Source of the DNA: Balanoglossus misakiensis
Lineage: Eukaryota; Animalia; Hemichordata
Direction of reading: 5' to 3'
Assembly (NCBI GenBank): GCA_040954595.2
Contig: CM082583.2
Coordinates: 2,118,925 to 2,182,924, forward strand
DNA: 64,000 bases
Shown in pieces: positions 49,251 through 62,667 of this stretch (position 1 is its first letter; each line of letters opens with the position of its first letter). The position numbers and the translations under genes are program-made. The notes beneath the pieces were generated by a model. It saw only the letters and a list, made by a program, of their open reading frames with translations, had not been told where the DNA came from and ran no database searches.

Positions 49251-52200
49251 ATTCCAATAATTTCCTTCATGCACTTACTAACATTCTATTTATATCTGTT
49301 TCTACTTCTGCAGACTGCACAAGACCTTCGACTGTACCTGGACGCGCGCAGGGGCAGAGGTTGGGGGTTGTTTGGGCCCTTCCCAGGATGAGAAAGAAAT
49401 AATTTGATATAGGTTGAGATACTTACAAATTTCAGTTTGCAAACTGAGTTGTGGGACTCCCCCCTTTAGATAGGGACACACGGCCTTGTAATGGGATTCT
49501 GGGGGCAGGCCCTTTTAGAGTAGGTGCCGTCATAGTGGGTAGCTTCACGTGCTGACGGTGTAATCTAAACATTGGAAAAATGTGTTTTTTCAATGTTTAG
49601 AGACTAAACCCACTTCCCCAAAAATGTAAGCTGTCCTTTGGAATCAAGTTCAAGAACACAGTGAGATGTCCTACTCCAGGAATGAAGTCCTTGGTGTTAG
49701 AAGATCTTGCATGGCATTGTGTACTGGATATTATGAGTTTACTGGGCATGGCAGCTAACAGTGATCAGGTAAACGATTGTGCAGTGTTGCTTACACTTGA
49801 AAATGAAAGGAATGCAAGAACTATTTACTGTTGGACGTTTTAATTCTGTATGTTCCTCATGCTGGTATTAGGAGTAAAAAGGGTAGATTTCCAATCCGTG
49901 TTTTTCTTACCATGTCATTGCTGAAATACTTCGAGATAATTATATTTTAAAGAGGGTGTTTAATGAAAATGTTGAAATTCAGTGCAGATGGACCACTTTT
50001 ATCTGTAGAATTATGGGTACTTGTCATCAGGAAAAACTGTTCAAATTATTTGATGTAAAATCTTGGTCACAGCTGTTCAAGAGTACAAAAATTAAGTTTA
50101 AAAAAAGACTTAATGATGCTTATTTTTCTTTGCTTGCAGAAAAATGATCCTGACCCTGAATTATGGATGGTGAGTAACCGTGGTAACAAACAAATGTTCT
50201 GACTGAGTATTTTATTTATGATTCATCTCCAGTCTCTCTGCAAACACAAATGACAGCGAAACTTATTGTTGGGTAAAGGAAAACCACTGACTTCACCCTT
50301 TCTGTCAAAACAGTGGATAGAAATTACCAAGCAACGTATTAGACTTCTTGAAGTTAATTTTTTTCAAATAATTAATTTGTCATGGGAACATGGCAGCCAT
50401 TATCATTGTCAAAAAGACAAATGCTTGGTGCAGATTTTTCTGTTCATTTTCTGTGCCAGTCTTTGTGAATTAGCACATTACTGGGGTGAGCCAATGTGCC
50501 TTGCTTCCATGGAACGTACTCTAATATTAATTGTAGAAATATTTCTATGTGAAATAAGTTAGAATCTCCATGTCAAGAAAGGGACTTTATGAAATTGAAA
50601 TATATAAGAAAAATACTAAGATATTTTCTTTGTTTGTTTCAGGCTCTTTAAAGTATACCTCCATTGTTGTGTCTGGCAATAACAGTGTCAAGTCATGTGA
50701 CCGGTAAGTTTACTTTTTTTATACAAGCATGGAGGTGTATCTTGAATTTTTTTATATTGAAACTTCTTAAAATTGTGAAACTGATAGTTCTGTTCACGAA
50801 CGGTTTAATTCATTTGAAATTTTAGGATTGCCATTCGTCTTTATCCAAAGTTTCTCCATTACGGTCACCTATGTAAATTTAGCTGCAGTTACCACGGCAA
50901 TATGAGATCACAGATTTGTAGTGGGTGGCACATGCGAAAAAAAGAGCACCACCATTTCTTCTTTTAAACACTGAAATGCTCCATTTAGCCATATATGATC
51001 GTATGTAATTTGGAGGTGACCGTGTACCTTTAATGCAATCACAAATCAGACTACAAGTCAAAACTAATTATTTCTTTAATTTTTTTTCTATGCAGATAAT
51101 CTGCATGGCGGATAACCTGCACATTGCATGTCATTTCCATGGGTTTGCTGGCGCTGTATCTGACTAAGACAATAAAAGACAGCCAGACGGAAATGAAATT
51201 ATATGTAATGAAAGAAGCCAGGTAAGTTCAGTGCTTTGATTTAAATGTTGAAAGCTGCAGTGATATCAAATTTACAGCTTTTAAGAAATGATGTCTTGTC
51301 GAACAGAAAGTGGGGTACTCCACCATGGATATTTTCCATTTTTGGCAATTGTGAAAAATATTTTGATTCTGATCAATTTCGGCTTTGCAATGCCTATTTC
51401 CTACAATAAAATTTATAGCAATGGTATTATTTTTTATTCACAGAGAACTTGGTGGATTGGTTTCTGTTATGCTGTGGTTGATCATTTGTGGAAATTCTGT
51501 AAGGTCAGTTTTGTCTCCAGATTTTTGTTGCAGTGTTAATTTATTCATTTATTCACAGGCTATCACATTTGTACTGTCTGTCGAGGATTTATTTTCAAAC
51601 AAATTAGAACACTTCCACGACCATCAGTTTTAAAGGTCTAGTAATGATGTGTAATTAAAGGCACAATTGGTCCATTATCACTGTTACCATGGAAAATACA
51701 AATACAGTACAGCCAATCACAGATTTTCAGTTAGTGCGTTGCACCTGCAAAAAAGTGCCACCACATGGATATTGAAACACTTATACACAACCTTAGTACC
51801 ATGTACAGGCATATGAAATGTCATATTCATATTTAAAATGGTTGCAATATTTTCAGGAACATCCCTTTACCACCCTTAATTGTTGTCCTATTTTTTGTTC
51901 ACCAGGTTGCGTTTGAGTTTGTCATATCTGACACTTGGGGGCGCTGTGCTAGCATCAGTTCCAATCTTGCCCTAGATAGGTGTGTACATTAACACGGAGT
52001 ATAGAGAGAAAATGCCGGAACACTGTAAAACTGTCATGTTATGATGTATGCAGACAAGGACTCATAGTGGAAATATGGATTGAAGGACTATGTGAAAAGA
52101 AGTTCTGTCTAATGTGGAACCTATCCAAGCTGGAACCTTGTGGGATATACACTGAGACACTGGTGTGGATTGCTGTAATGCATCGCTTGGAAGCTCATGT

Positions 52201-53000
52201 TAGCCATAGACAACATTGACATGGGAGGTGAAAACATCAGTGATGGACTGCATTGTTCCAAAACTCCTGGACAATTCCTCGAACAATAGTGCTGCAGTGC
52301 ATTGCCTGTTGGCATAGCAACCTCAAATAACAAAGCATAGGGACTTCACAGAAGAGCAGTACTTCCTCTGTCCTGGTTTAATTAAATTAATCAAATTTTG
52401 GCTCAAACCTAAATCGTGGTCTTGGTTTTCATGAAATTGATGTTCCAAGCACACAGTTGAGTGTTTGACGCATGGCTTGAATTTAGCAGAAGCCTCATGC
52501 CAACGGACTACCAATTGCTCCTTACAGACTACTAATTTTACAAAATGGTAGTCAGCGCTGTCTACCAATAGGTGGAGCCATTTCAGCTGTGCTATTGTGT
52601 TAACACTGTATTACTGGCAGGCATACATGTTGCTAGAACGTTTGTAGCAAAATTTTCTCTTCATCAAATTTCCAAACAATGTTTCATGATTTTGCAACAT
52701 TTATGCAAATAGTGTTTTATTTGTTTGGCATAGTGCTTTTAATTTATATAGTTGTGTGGTTACTTTGATATGGAATTGTTAGTAATAAGCTTCCTCCGTT
52801 GTTTTAGTATTCTGGACCGTAGAAAATGACTTTCCTAGCTCAATTCAGACTTTGAATTTTGCCACTACTAGTTGAAACAGGCAGAATTGGAGAAGAAGCT
52901 TTGAATGAAAAAAATTGTTTATTTAACACAGAGAATGCAATAGAAGACGAATTTGCGTTGTGGCTTGTTGTATTGCATCTAAGTCAATAAATAAATATTA
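46456..53000 (+). ncRNA. Putative multi-exon spliced transcript (lncRNA-like) including the 19 repeated exons
   Basis: Downstream of the array are short segments with strong acceptors and donors (~49314-49411, 50140-50169, 50643-50703, 51096-51221, 51444-~51500), a last exon from ~51906 and AATAAA near 52987. No long ORF was seen. Splice signals only; no expression data. Confidence 0.4.
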
Positions 53001-53649
53001 TCTATCTTAAATAAATATTATCTATCTATTTACTATGTCTGTGATGTTTGATTGAAATATTTTGTTAGTCTCCATGGGAAATCAAATCTTCACACCTTCC
53101 AAATGTATACCTTGTCTGTTGACATGTTGATAAAGTACAGAAAGCTTACTGATTCCAATTTGCTGTTCTGATAACTATTACTAAGCTATGTGCGTGACTT
53201 TATTCACTCTCGTCAAATAGTTGTAGCTAGTTAGGGCTGTGAAGTGTCTGGGCTCAACAGCTGCTAAATACCTGAACGTCGGCTATTCTGGCAATCCCCC
53301 CCCCCCCCCCTCAGGCCCTATACAATGCATTGATAGTGAGACTGGGAACAACCCCCTTCAAGGTCGGGTCGGACTATGACTGACGTCATGGTACTATTTT
53401 AGCATGGGCGTCACTTTCTCTTCTCGTTGGCCTTGCCTCTCCAGAGGGCGCCGTCTTTGGCTTTTCAGAGATGCGGTCAAGACCTCTCTCCGAATCCATT
53501 TTGTTCAACCAATCAGAGTGCTGAAATGGCGTTCGATTTGAGGGAAGGTAACTGATTTGTCAATGGCGTTCCACTAGGAATATCACCATGGTTGCCTACT
53601 TCACGATTCCATTGTTATAGATCGTTCGCCGAAAATTGAGAAAATCTGA

Positions 53650-55900
53650 TTTTTAGGTCCTATTGGTATGTACCATGGGACCTTATGGGATTGGTTGTGT
53701 CTGTATGTATGTATGTATGTATGTATGGATGGATGGATGGATGGATGTATGTCTGTATGTCCGTCCACATCAAAAACAATGAAAAAACCGCGGCGCGTAT
53801 GACCTCGATATTTGGTGTGTAGATGCAAGCAGGGCTGTAGATGGGAGTTTGTTCAAATGAAGTTGTCATTGCCAAAAATATGCAAATTAGCTGGGAAAAT
53901 GTGAAATTGGTCAAAACTCAAAAACTCGACAACTACACAGTACATTATTTTACCCACAATTCTCCATGATTTGTATCATCGAAGGTTGCCAATTTAATGA
54001 CTTTTTCTGTTTTAGATACTAACAATGATATGAAGTATATATAGATTCATTTATTTTTATCTAGAAAAAGTACGATTAGAAATTAGAGTGAAAATTTCAA
54101 AATCAAAATTTAAAAGCCATAGGAATCAAAGTATCCATGTACTGCAAATGTAACACTTTGGAGGAAACAAGCAATGACTAACTGAGGTGGCCAGTGTCTG
54201 TTGAAAGTTAACATGTAAATTTCCATTGTTCTGTCAATAGAAAAAAATCAATATCCTTTTGCATGATTAAGGATGTACGTTCAGTAAAATTGAAAGTATT
54301 GTCATTTTTTTTAATTGTGGATTTTTGGATTCTCCTTTGTATGTATAATGAAAATCCGTAATAAAAAATAGGGGTCACCGCGCTTGTTTTTGAAATACAG
54401 AGCCATGAATTTGGTCGATAATAGAAGAAATCTGATGACTCAGCATTTTTCACCAATGGTTTGTCTATGGGCAAAATTTTTAACGCAATTTATCTCAAAA
54501 TAGAGCGCGGTGACCCCTACATTTTATTTGACCAATGAATTTATATTTGCTGGACTGAGCTATGTGTAAAATTTCGTGAAAATGACAATAGTAGAAGTTT
54601 GTTTTCTGGCGATTTTCAATGTAATCCTATGGGAAAAAGACCGGGCGCGCAGTGTTTCCGGTTTATGTTCTGCGCGTACATCCTTAAACAGGTGTTTCAA
54701 GTGTCCCTGTTTTACTTCAAACTTTTTTTGTATAGCTAGCTATGCAATTGCTTGATTATTTTATAAAATTCGTATCTCCTCTCTCAATAATGCATATTTT
54801 TTAAAATCATTTGAAATGGCAATTGACAATAAGATTTGCCTTAAAAGTACGATCTCAAATTTTGTATTAGTGGTCTACAATTCTCTGCACACATGTGAAC
54901 TATGCCTGGTTTGTCTGAGGAATCTCTGAGCGTACAAATCAGAATGAATCATGGGATATTTCTAGTACTGTGAACCACTGGTCATATCGATTTGAAAATT
55001 GGTATGCATGTACCTTATGTCAACCTCATACAGGCCTGTGTGTTTTGAGCTAATATTATCGATATCCTATTTTTTATGCATTTTTTGTATTTTTTCCATG
55101 TTATAGGTAAAAAGTCTTCATTTCTGAAAGTGATGGGCTTACTTCTTTGAAATATAGTATGAAGCTTCCTAATGGTTGTCTGAGTAACCATAGATTTGTT
55201 CAAATTGTTGCAAAATTTGCATATTTATAATTTTGAGGAATATTTGCCATTTTTGGTCAATTTTTTTTTCTTTAAAACCGCATGCCAGATTGCTTTGCAA
55301 TCTGGTAGGCATGTTGTAAAATATGTGATATTTGCATAAATGTGTTATCGGGGAAACTTGCAATTTTTGTCAAAAATTGTTTTCTCTGAAACTGCTTGTC
55401 ATATTGCATTGAACTTTGGTAGCATGTTCCTTGTAGTGATTGAAGTAAGATATTGTACAATTTTGGTGATATTTGCATATTTGTTTTTTTGCCACTTTTG
55501 AACAAATATTTTCTGTGAACCTGCTTATTGGATTGCTTTGAATTTTTTTTTTCTCTGATTGCTTTGAAATTTAAGATATAATTTCATACACATACATGTA
55601 TATGTGCAACTTTTATTCAATTCTGATATTAGAAATATTCAATATTTCGCGAGTTTTTTTTTGTAAGTTTCTTTGATTTTGGTTAGCAAATCTTCTCCTA
55701 AACCAATTGTCCAGTTGTTTTTAAAGTTACTATTTACAAGGAGTTGTTACCTCCAACTAAGACATGTTACAGAGAACACCAGCTATTAAATTTTTAATTA
55801 CCAGTGGCAGGTCAGTGTGTGTGTGTCTGTCTGTCTGTCTGTTCCAGGGCTGACTGAAAGAAGTTGCTTCTCATATGTGTTTGTACAGACAATTTTTAGT
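53650..55900 (+). mobile_element. HINE/DINE-1-like element (long copy, with internal insertions)
   Basis: ttttaggtcc..ggtatgtaccatgggacc hairpin followed by (GTAT)n(GGAT)n; homologous to 7260-7615 and 62668-64000. The 3' end is approximate. Confidence 0.6.
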
Positions 55901-56003
55901 AAAAAAAAATTCTAGCACCACTTGTAAGACTGCCATGACACATGACAGTTTATTGGGCATGTTCCTTGTTAATTTTTTTACATTCCATATTTCTATATGG
56001 TAA

Positions 56004-56874
56004 GGCTGCATTCACAAACACCTCTGGAGGTGGGGGGGGGGGGGGGGGGGGGCAGGAGAATTCAATTTTTTTTACCGTTAATTTTCACATCCCCCCCTAC
56101 TCAACCCGAAATATTTTCAAATCCCCCCTTCCAAACTGCTAAAATTTTGAGTCCCCCCCCCCTTTCAGGTGGGGATGGTGAATTATATATATGCACTGTT
56201 TGAACATTTTCTTTCACACAGCAAAACATCAGGGCAAAACATCGCCTATCTATCTTGTAAAAAAAGAAAAACAGCGCTCCCATGAAAAAAATTCAAAACT
56301 GATGTCTTCCCCCATCAGTGGGTATTAAAACTGAACATTGTTTGTATTTTGTAAGTATTTGTATTCTGTGTTGGCAGACATTGTAAACAGAAAATTGAAG
56401 GGGGTGGGTGTGGGAGGGGGTGTCCCCCTCACACGTAAGAAAATTTCATAAAATATACAGAGCTCAAAGCTGCATTTTAATGAACCCAAAAACAAATTAA
56501 CCCAACTACCGGTATGTTGGGGAGGACAAATTTAACCTTCGCCGCTCAAAGTTAGCATTGGGGGGGGGGGGGGGGGCAAGTCCCCTGACCTGGGCCATTA
56601 GATAAACTAGCCAATGACTGAAGGTGTTGATGAATGAAAGGGGTGGGTGTGGGAGGGGGTGTCCCCCTCCCACATTAGAAAAATTGTATTATGATGGGTT
56701 CAAAACTGCATTTTTGTCGACTTGAAATAAATATTTAGTCCTCAAAGTTTTCAAGTCCCCCCCTTTCAGTCCCTAAATTATTTCAAATCCCCCCCTTACA
56801 TACCCTCAATTTTTTCAAATCCCCCCTCAGTTCTCCCACCCCCCTCCCCTCCAGAGGTGTTTGTGAATGCAGCC
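56004..56874. mobile_element. PIF/Harbinger-type MITE, TIR GGCTGCATTCACAAACACCTCTGGAGG, TSD TAA
   Basis: TAA at 56001-56003 and 56875-56877. Confidence 0.88.
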
Positions 56875-59169
56875 TAAGATCATATCTGCTTGCAATGTCA
56901 GGTTGCGTACTCATTGAACGTGCACGCGCGATCCATGCACGCGATGGAACTTTTGTCTGGCATATTAGCCAATCACATGAAGCAACATCTTTCATGGTAC
57001 TAGCGAATCAGAGCGCGAGCTCAAACGGATTTGGAGAGATGTCTTGACCGCGTCTCTGAAAAGCCAAAGGTCATTGATGGCGCCCTCTTGAGAGGCAACT
57101 CGTTGACCATGTATACTTAGCGATACGTTTTATCCTACCCCAAAACATGTGAGGCGACAGCATAAAAAAAACACGTCGCCATTCCCTACATCTGATTTTA
57201 ATCAGCTTGATCCTACCTCAGCTATGGCCTGTCCCCACATCGACCCCAGGTAATTTAAATTACGGCCTTATATAGGCACGGGTCGGATCCAAAATCGGAA
57301 TATCTAATTTGCATAGCGGACGTCTGAGAAAACACTACAGCAATTTACAAAGCGTACGCCTGAGAAAACCAATGGTTCACTCCAATGTGGGTCGCTCATA
57401 TTCCACACGTCACTCCCGGACCCAGGAACGTACAGCACTCAATATTCCAGTATGCAACCAAGATTTATTCTAAAATATAGACACACATGGGGAACGACTA
57501 CAAAGAAACCCTGTCGCACAAACAAAATTACAGTAAATAATTGAAGTACAACACAATTCCTTGTTCATGAAAAATATAATTATTGTCGTATTTCATCCGC
57601 ATCAACTTGGAAATAAACGAATTCAACGAGTTCATATGCATTTAGCAGAGTTTGTACGATGTTAAATGTCAAGTTCGAGATTACGAATATTTAAAAATAC
57701 TGGTATATCATTCACAGAGAACTCACCCCACCACTTTGTAGGTTTAACGGAGAGGAGTAGGCCTCCAAAATCACCGTCGTCTACGGACCATATCACAGCC
57801 ACAACGGAACCGCACGGTTGTGCGTAAGGAAATGAATTGAAGAACCGCGTGGCATAAATTTGAGGGTCTTTTATAGTGCGTACCAGGTGCCTGTGATGCA
57901 AATGCAAATTACCATGCGCAAGACATGTAGGATAAATAACCGATCAATAAACGTCATTGAAAAGGGCTCCATTAGTGAAACTGGGAACAACTCCCTCTAC
58001 GGTCGGGTCGGACAGCGATGATAAATTTGACGTCACGGTGCTATTTTTAGCATGGGCGTTAATTTCTCTTCTCGTTGACTGTGTGTGTGTGTTCGTACGT
58101 TCAGTTGGTTAATTGCTGAAAACTTCCTGAACCCAGCCCATTCACAGAAAGGCGACCGCTATATCGACATATTGGATATTCTAGCCGTTTCATGCCGACC
58201 TTTTAGCGTTTCGCTTTCGATTGCCCGCAATACAACATCCACCCGGGCCGCGGTCCAGATGAATGTGGCAATGCTGCTCGGTAGCTAGACCGCCATAGGA
58301 GACGTGTACATTTCAAGACATCGACTAGAAAGCGAGGTACAGGTAGGGCGTAATACAGATCTGCTTTGCTTTGATGTTCTCCGCTTACAGTGTTACATGA
58401 TACATGTACAGAGCAAATATCACCGAGTTTGCACAAATTCCTAGTGCACAATCATCGCAGAAATAATAGTGACGCGGATGTTGACATGAGATGACCTTGA
58501 AGTTGAAATCGAAGGGCGACATTGTTTACCTGTGTTTAGAGTACCTAAAACAAAAGAGCAGAGGTCATCTTCTGGTGTGTGTTTGACAGAGTCTAGAAAA
58601 GGCAGAATAGATGCAGGAGTTGAAGTGAAAGGGGTACATTTATCTGTCATATGAATTAATATATTCATTATAAATAATTACATGACAATCGACCTCAAAA
58701 TGGTAAATATTTACAACTTCAAAATAATGTATATCCCTCATGATCTCATGATATTGCTAATTAATGACAAGTTATTTTTGCGGCTGGGCATATCACATTT
58801 GACAATACAATGTCACCGCATTCAGCTAAATATACATGCATGTACAGATGTACACATTGCAACTGGTGTCCCATTGATTGAATGAGGAGGAAAAAAACAC
58901 GCTAAATTGCTCAGGGCATCAGCCAACCAGAGTTCCAAGTTTGTGTGTAACATATGCTCTAGAATTTTTGTGTTTGAAAGAGATACCCAATCAGTTTGAA
59001 AATAGATTACACATAACATGAGAATGACTAAGTATACATGTAAACTATTTCAAAGCAAACAAGATATTTTGACCTTTGATGTTAGAAGAAAAAATTGATG
59101 ATTGCCTCACAAATTATTTATTCTGAAAACCACCACTGTCATGTCTTTTATGGCATACAGTATCTTTAA

Positions 59170-59506
59170 AGGGACAAAGTCTCTCTCTCGCTGCCCTTTT
59201 TTCCATTAATTAAGTTTGATACAAGACACTGTTTATGTTAATGTACATGTGGATATATAGTGAATCAACGTTCGACCACACACAACTTCCATCCCACTTG
59301 TATGATATGAGAGTAAAAACTCGCCCAAAATGAATAAATGGTAAAGAACGATTATTCATTTTGGCGAGTTTTTTCACTCTCCTGTCTATAAGAGGGATGG
59401 AAGTTGTGTGTGGTTGAACGTTCCACATGTAGAATAACAAACGGTGTCTTGTATCAAATATAATTAATGGAAAAAAGGGCAGCGAGAGAGAGACTAAATT
59501 GTCCCT
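59170..59506. mobile_element. Palindromic Kolobok-type MITE (AGGGAC..GTCCCT), TSD TTAA
   Basis: TTAA at 59166-59169 and 59507-59510; arms are complementary along most of the length. Confidence 0.85.
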
Positions 59507-60698
59507 TTAATATGCAGCTGCAGTAATGTAGATCAAGATTTTTCCTGGTGTTAAAAACAGATTTTGCCATCTATCTGCCATCACTAGACAAAACCTTCAG
59601 CTTTATACAATAACATGTATGTATAAAGGGCAATAGCTGTAATTTTTGGCTATATTTTCAGTATTTTTCCTCTTGTACTCCGAGACGCATCCTAATATAC
59701 CCAGTACTCCGCTTGACAACCAATATTGCGTGTAGGTGTGTAACGGCTATTGTTATTGTTGACAGATGAATTCAAATTTTCCACAATAACAATGCTGACT
59801 ATATTATTATACCTGGTAGTTATACCGTAGGTGTTGTGTTGATAAGCTACATTCTGGGCATTTCATCATGTTTCAGGAGTTTGACCAAGACACTGCAGAC
59901 TGCAGTAGATACATGTACATGTACATAAACTCGTAGCGAAAATTTTCACCTAATGGAGCTACACCTATGTACATGTACTGTAGCTAACTAATGATAAGTG
60001 TTTTTGGCTATCGTGTGAACCCCAGGTAGAATAAAGCCTGACCCATTTCTTTCAAGAAGTAGGGCTGCAATATTTACAAAGGCAATGAATGCATGGTACT
60101 TGTATGTGGTGTTAGCAATGTGGTGAATCTGTTGGACTATAAATTTTTTCATAACCAGCACTAAACGCCAATGAAGGTTACAGAAATACAATAAGAATTT
60201 GTCCTTGAACTCTTGAGCTGACCTTAAATTAAAGTGGAATAAGCATTGCATTTTACAGTCTTATATTTGTTTGACTTTGAATTGAAATTCCGCAGCTAAT
60301 CGACTTTGTATCCAGCATTGTTAGCCATCCGTTTATAATTGTTCAATAACAATTAAAGTTATGCATGGGAATTAGAATTTCTGCACAGGGAGTCTTGCTC
60401 TTTAAGCAGAATGGTGGAAACACTGGTACCTGCTAACATTTCATCCTATTACACGTAATATGAACACCTATCTTTTCAGTTATATTTCATGTGCCATGTA
60501 TACAGGTGCATGCTGGTATAGTGCAGGATAATTTTTTCAATCTCTAGGCATGGTCTCTGTAAAATACTCTGTAAAATAACCAGGGGTTTTTGAGAGCTAT
60601 GATAAACATGAATGTTTATCTGCAATGAATTACAGATTTTTTTACTATTCATAAAGCACATGAGACTAAAACTCTGCATTTTCTTCTATCTCAACAGA

Positions 60699-62593
60699 AT
60701 GTCGTTCAAAAGTTTCCTGAAGTCTTGTTGGACAGAGCACCCGGACCCCCCCCCCCCCCCCCCCCCCCCGACTGTTGGAGATACGTGATCGTCATCTGTA
60801 ATATTATTGTGACGTTATTCTGCATTGGTCTGAATTATGGAATGTGGATCTTGATTGAGGGACTGAGAGACTTTTTCAGAGAATATCACGCTGTGAGAGA
60901 CGAGGTGGACACAAAGTGGATTGTTTATATCAATATTTTCATGGTTGGTCTCACAGGTATGTTGTGGTTGCATTCTAGTCTTCTGTCTCTTACTTGGTGG
61001 TTGACTGCTCATGCAATAACCTTACTGGCATCGCCCTCACTGCCGTGAAAAGCTGAACTTTTGGCTACATTTCAGTATTTTTGTTCTGTGTACCAAAATT
61101 GGCAAATGCAATTTTTTGTTCTACTCCTAACAGCATGCCTATTAAACCAAGTACCGTACTCCACTTGATAAAGGGCGTTCTCACTGGCACGTTTACACCG
61201 GTGCTACACCGGTGTAGATTTGACACCGACGGAAAAAAGTAAGTGAGAACGCTTTACACCGGTGTTGGGCCGGTGTTAATTTGCGACGGCGATGGGTGGT
61301 GGGTCAGGGCCAGTGCTGGGCCAGCGCTCCGACGCAAATATGCAGTGAGAATGCAAAGATAAACAAACACCGTTCAAAAGCGTCACCCTGCAGTGACTTT
61401 TGGGTATGTTTATTAGGTATAGCCCATTGTCTTTGGTCAGTTTCCATTGTTAAGTCAATCACACTGGACGCGAGTGGTTTTCAAACCATTCGCAGTTTGC
61501 CAGGTTTGCAACACATCTGTTTGCTACCAACTTTCAGAAGGTTCTCTCGATCACCGAAAAGCTGAGGCATTTTCCATTTATGGATTAACATTCATTTACT
61601 TCTAAACATTATCAAAACTGTCACAAAGTCGTCTAGAACGCATATGCAGGTATAGAAACTAAAACATATTGCTGTAATGTCCTTGACGTCCTCAATTTTG
61701 TTAGTTTAGACTGTGTTTCTTTCAAAACAGTGTCCAAAAGTTTAGTGCGTGGATGCACGGAGATTCTGTGGGCCAATCCCCTGTGTTTGCAGAGAGTAAA
61801 CACTGGCATAACACCGGTGTCGAAACTTTTAGTGAGAACAAGACTTTAGACGGTGTTTCTTTCAAAACAGTGTCCAAAAGTTTAGTGCGTGGATGCACGG
61901 AGATTCTGTGGGCCAATCCCCTGTGTTTGCAGAGAGTAAACACTGGCATAACACCGGTGTCGAAACTTTTAGTGAGAACGAGACTATACATGTAGCCTGC
62001 ATGTGTGTAACTGCCCTTGTTATTGTTGTCAGATGAATTCTAGTCTGGACTTGAATTAAAATTTGGCGCAATAATAATGCTGACTATACTTGTAGGCTGT
62101 GTTTATAAATATAAGCTGGATACTGGGCACTTCATCAAGTTTCAGGGATTTGAACAAGAAACTGCAGTATACACACAAAAACGTACTGAAAACATAGCCA
62201 GAAGTTGCAGCTAATGGAGTTTTTAATTGCCACAGCTTGTGTTTTATTGTGGATTGTATGACACCATGAAATTATATATAAAAGCTTGTTCTCACTAAAA
62301 GTTTCGACACCGGTTCGGTTTAGACAGGTTTTACTACATAATAATTAAGTGAAACTAAATATGACAGCATAATTATAATTACAAAAGTCTACTGGCATGA
62401 TGATAATGCGTGTGAAATAACGGTGTGTGATCCCTCATATCATTTTCAGGTCCAGTGGCCAGCTTCTTCTCAAACAAGTATGGGCATCGCATCACAGCCT
62501 TCCCTGGTGCAGCTCTGTCAACCTTCGGTCTCTTTGTATCGGGTTTTAATAAAAGTGTGGGATTTTTGTGTTTCAGCTACGGTATTCTGACAG
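60699..62593 (+). CDS. SLC16/monocarboxylate transporter-like gene, first two coding exons (60699-60956, 62450-62593); continues beyond the window
   Basis: Reads MSFKSFLKSCWTEHPDPP..DCWRYVIV..KWIVYINIFMVGLT|GPVASFFSNKYGHR..SYGILTG with canonical splice sites and a 144-nt second exon. The frame across the C24 run is off by one. Confidence 0.82.
61173..61984 (+). mobile_element. Non-autonomous TIR element in the SLC16 intron, with a ~130-bp terminal tandem duplication
   Basis: Inverted copy of 6549-7254; ~61710-61848 is repeated at ~61845-61984. Confidence 0.8.
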
Positions 62594-62667
62594 GTGAGTG
62601 TTTTATGTACAGCACACAAAACACGGAAAACCGGGAACGCAAAGGAATATTGTATTTGTCCACATTT

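Larger units (their letters stand above)
53433..57098. mobile_element. TIR element (TTGCCTCTC.AGAGGGCGCC..) with a 10-bp imperfect TSD, AcademH-like; hosts nested elements
   Basis: Flanks ctcgttggcc (53423-53432) and ctcgttgacc (57099-57108); ~65-bp inverted ends; empty-site paralog at ~57972-58080. Confidence 0.75.

Noticed and set aside
51286-51375. Box C/D snoRNA as a feature
   Set aside because: The C box is imperfect, no rRNA guide was recognised, and the region also resembles a TE end; mentioned only as a lead.
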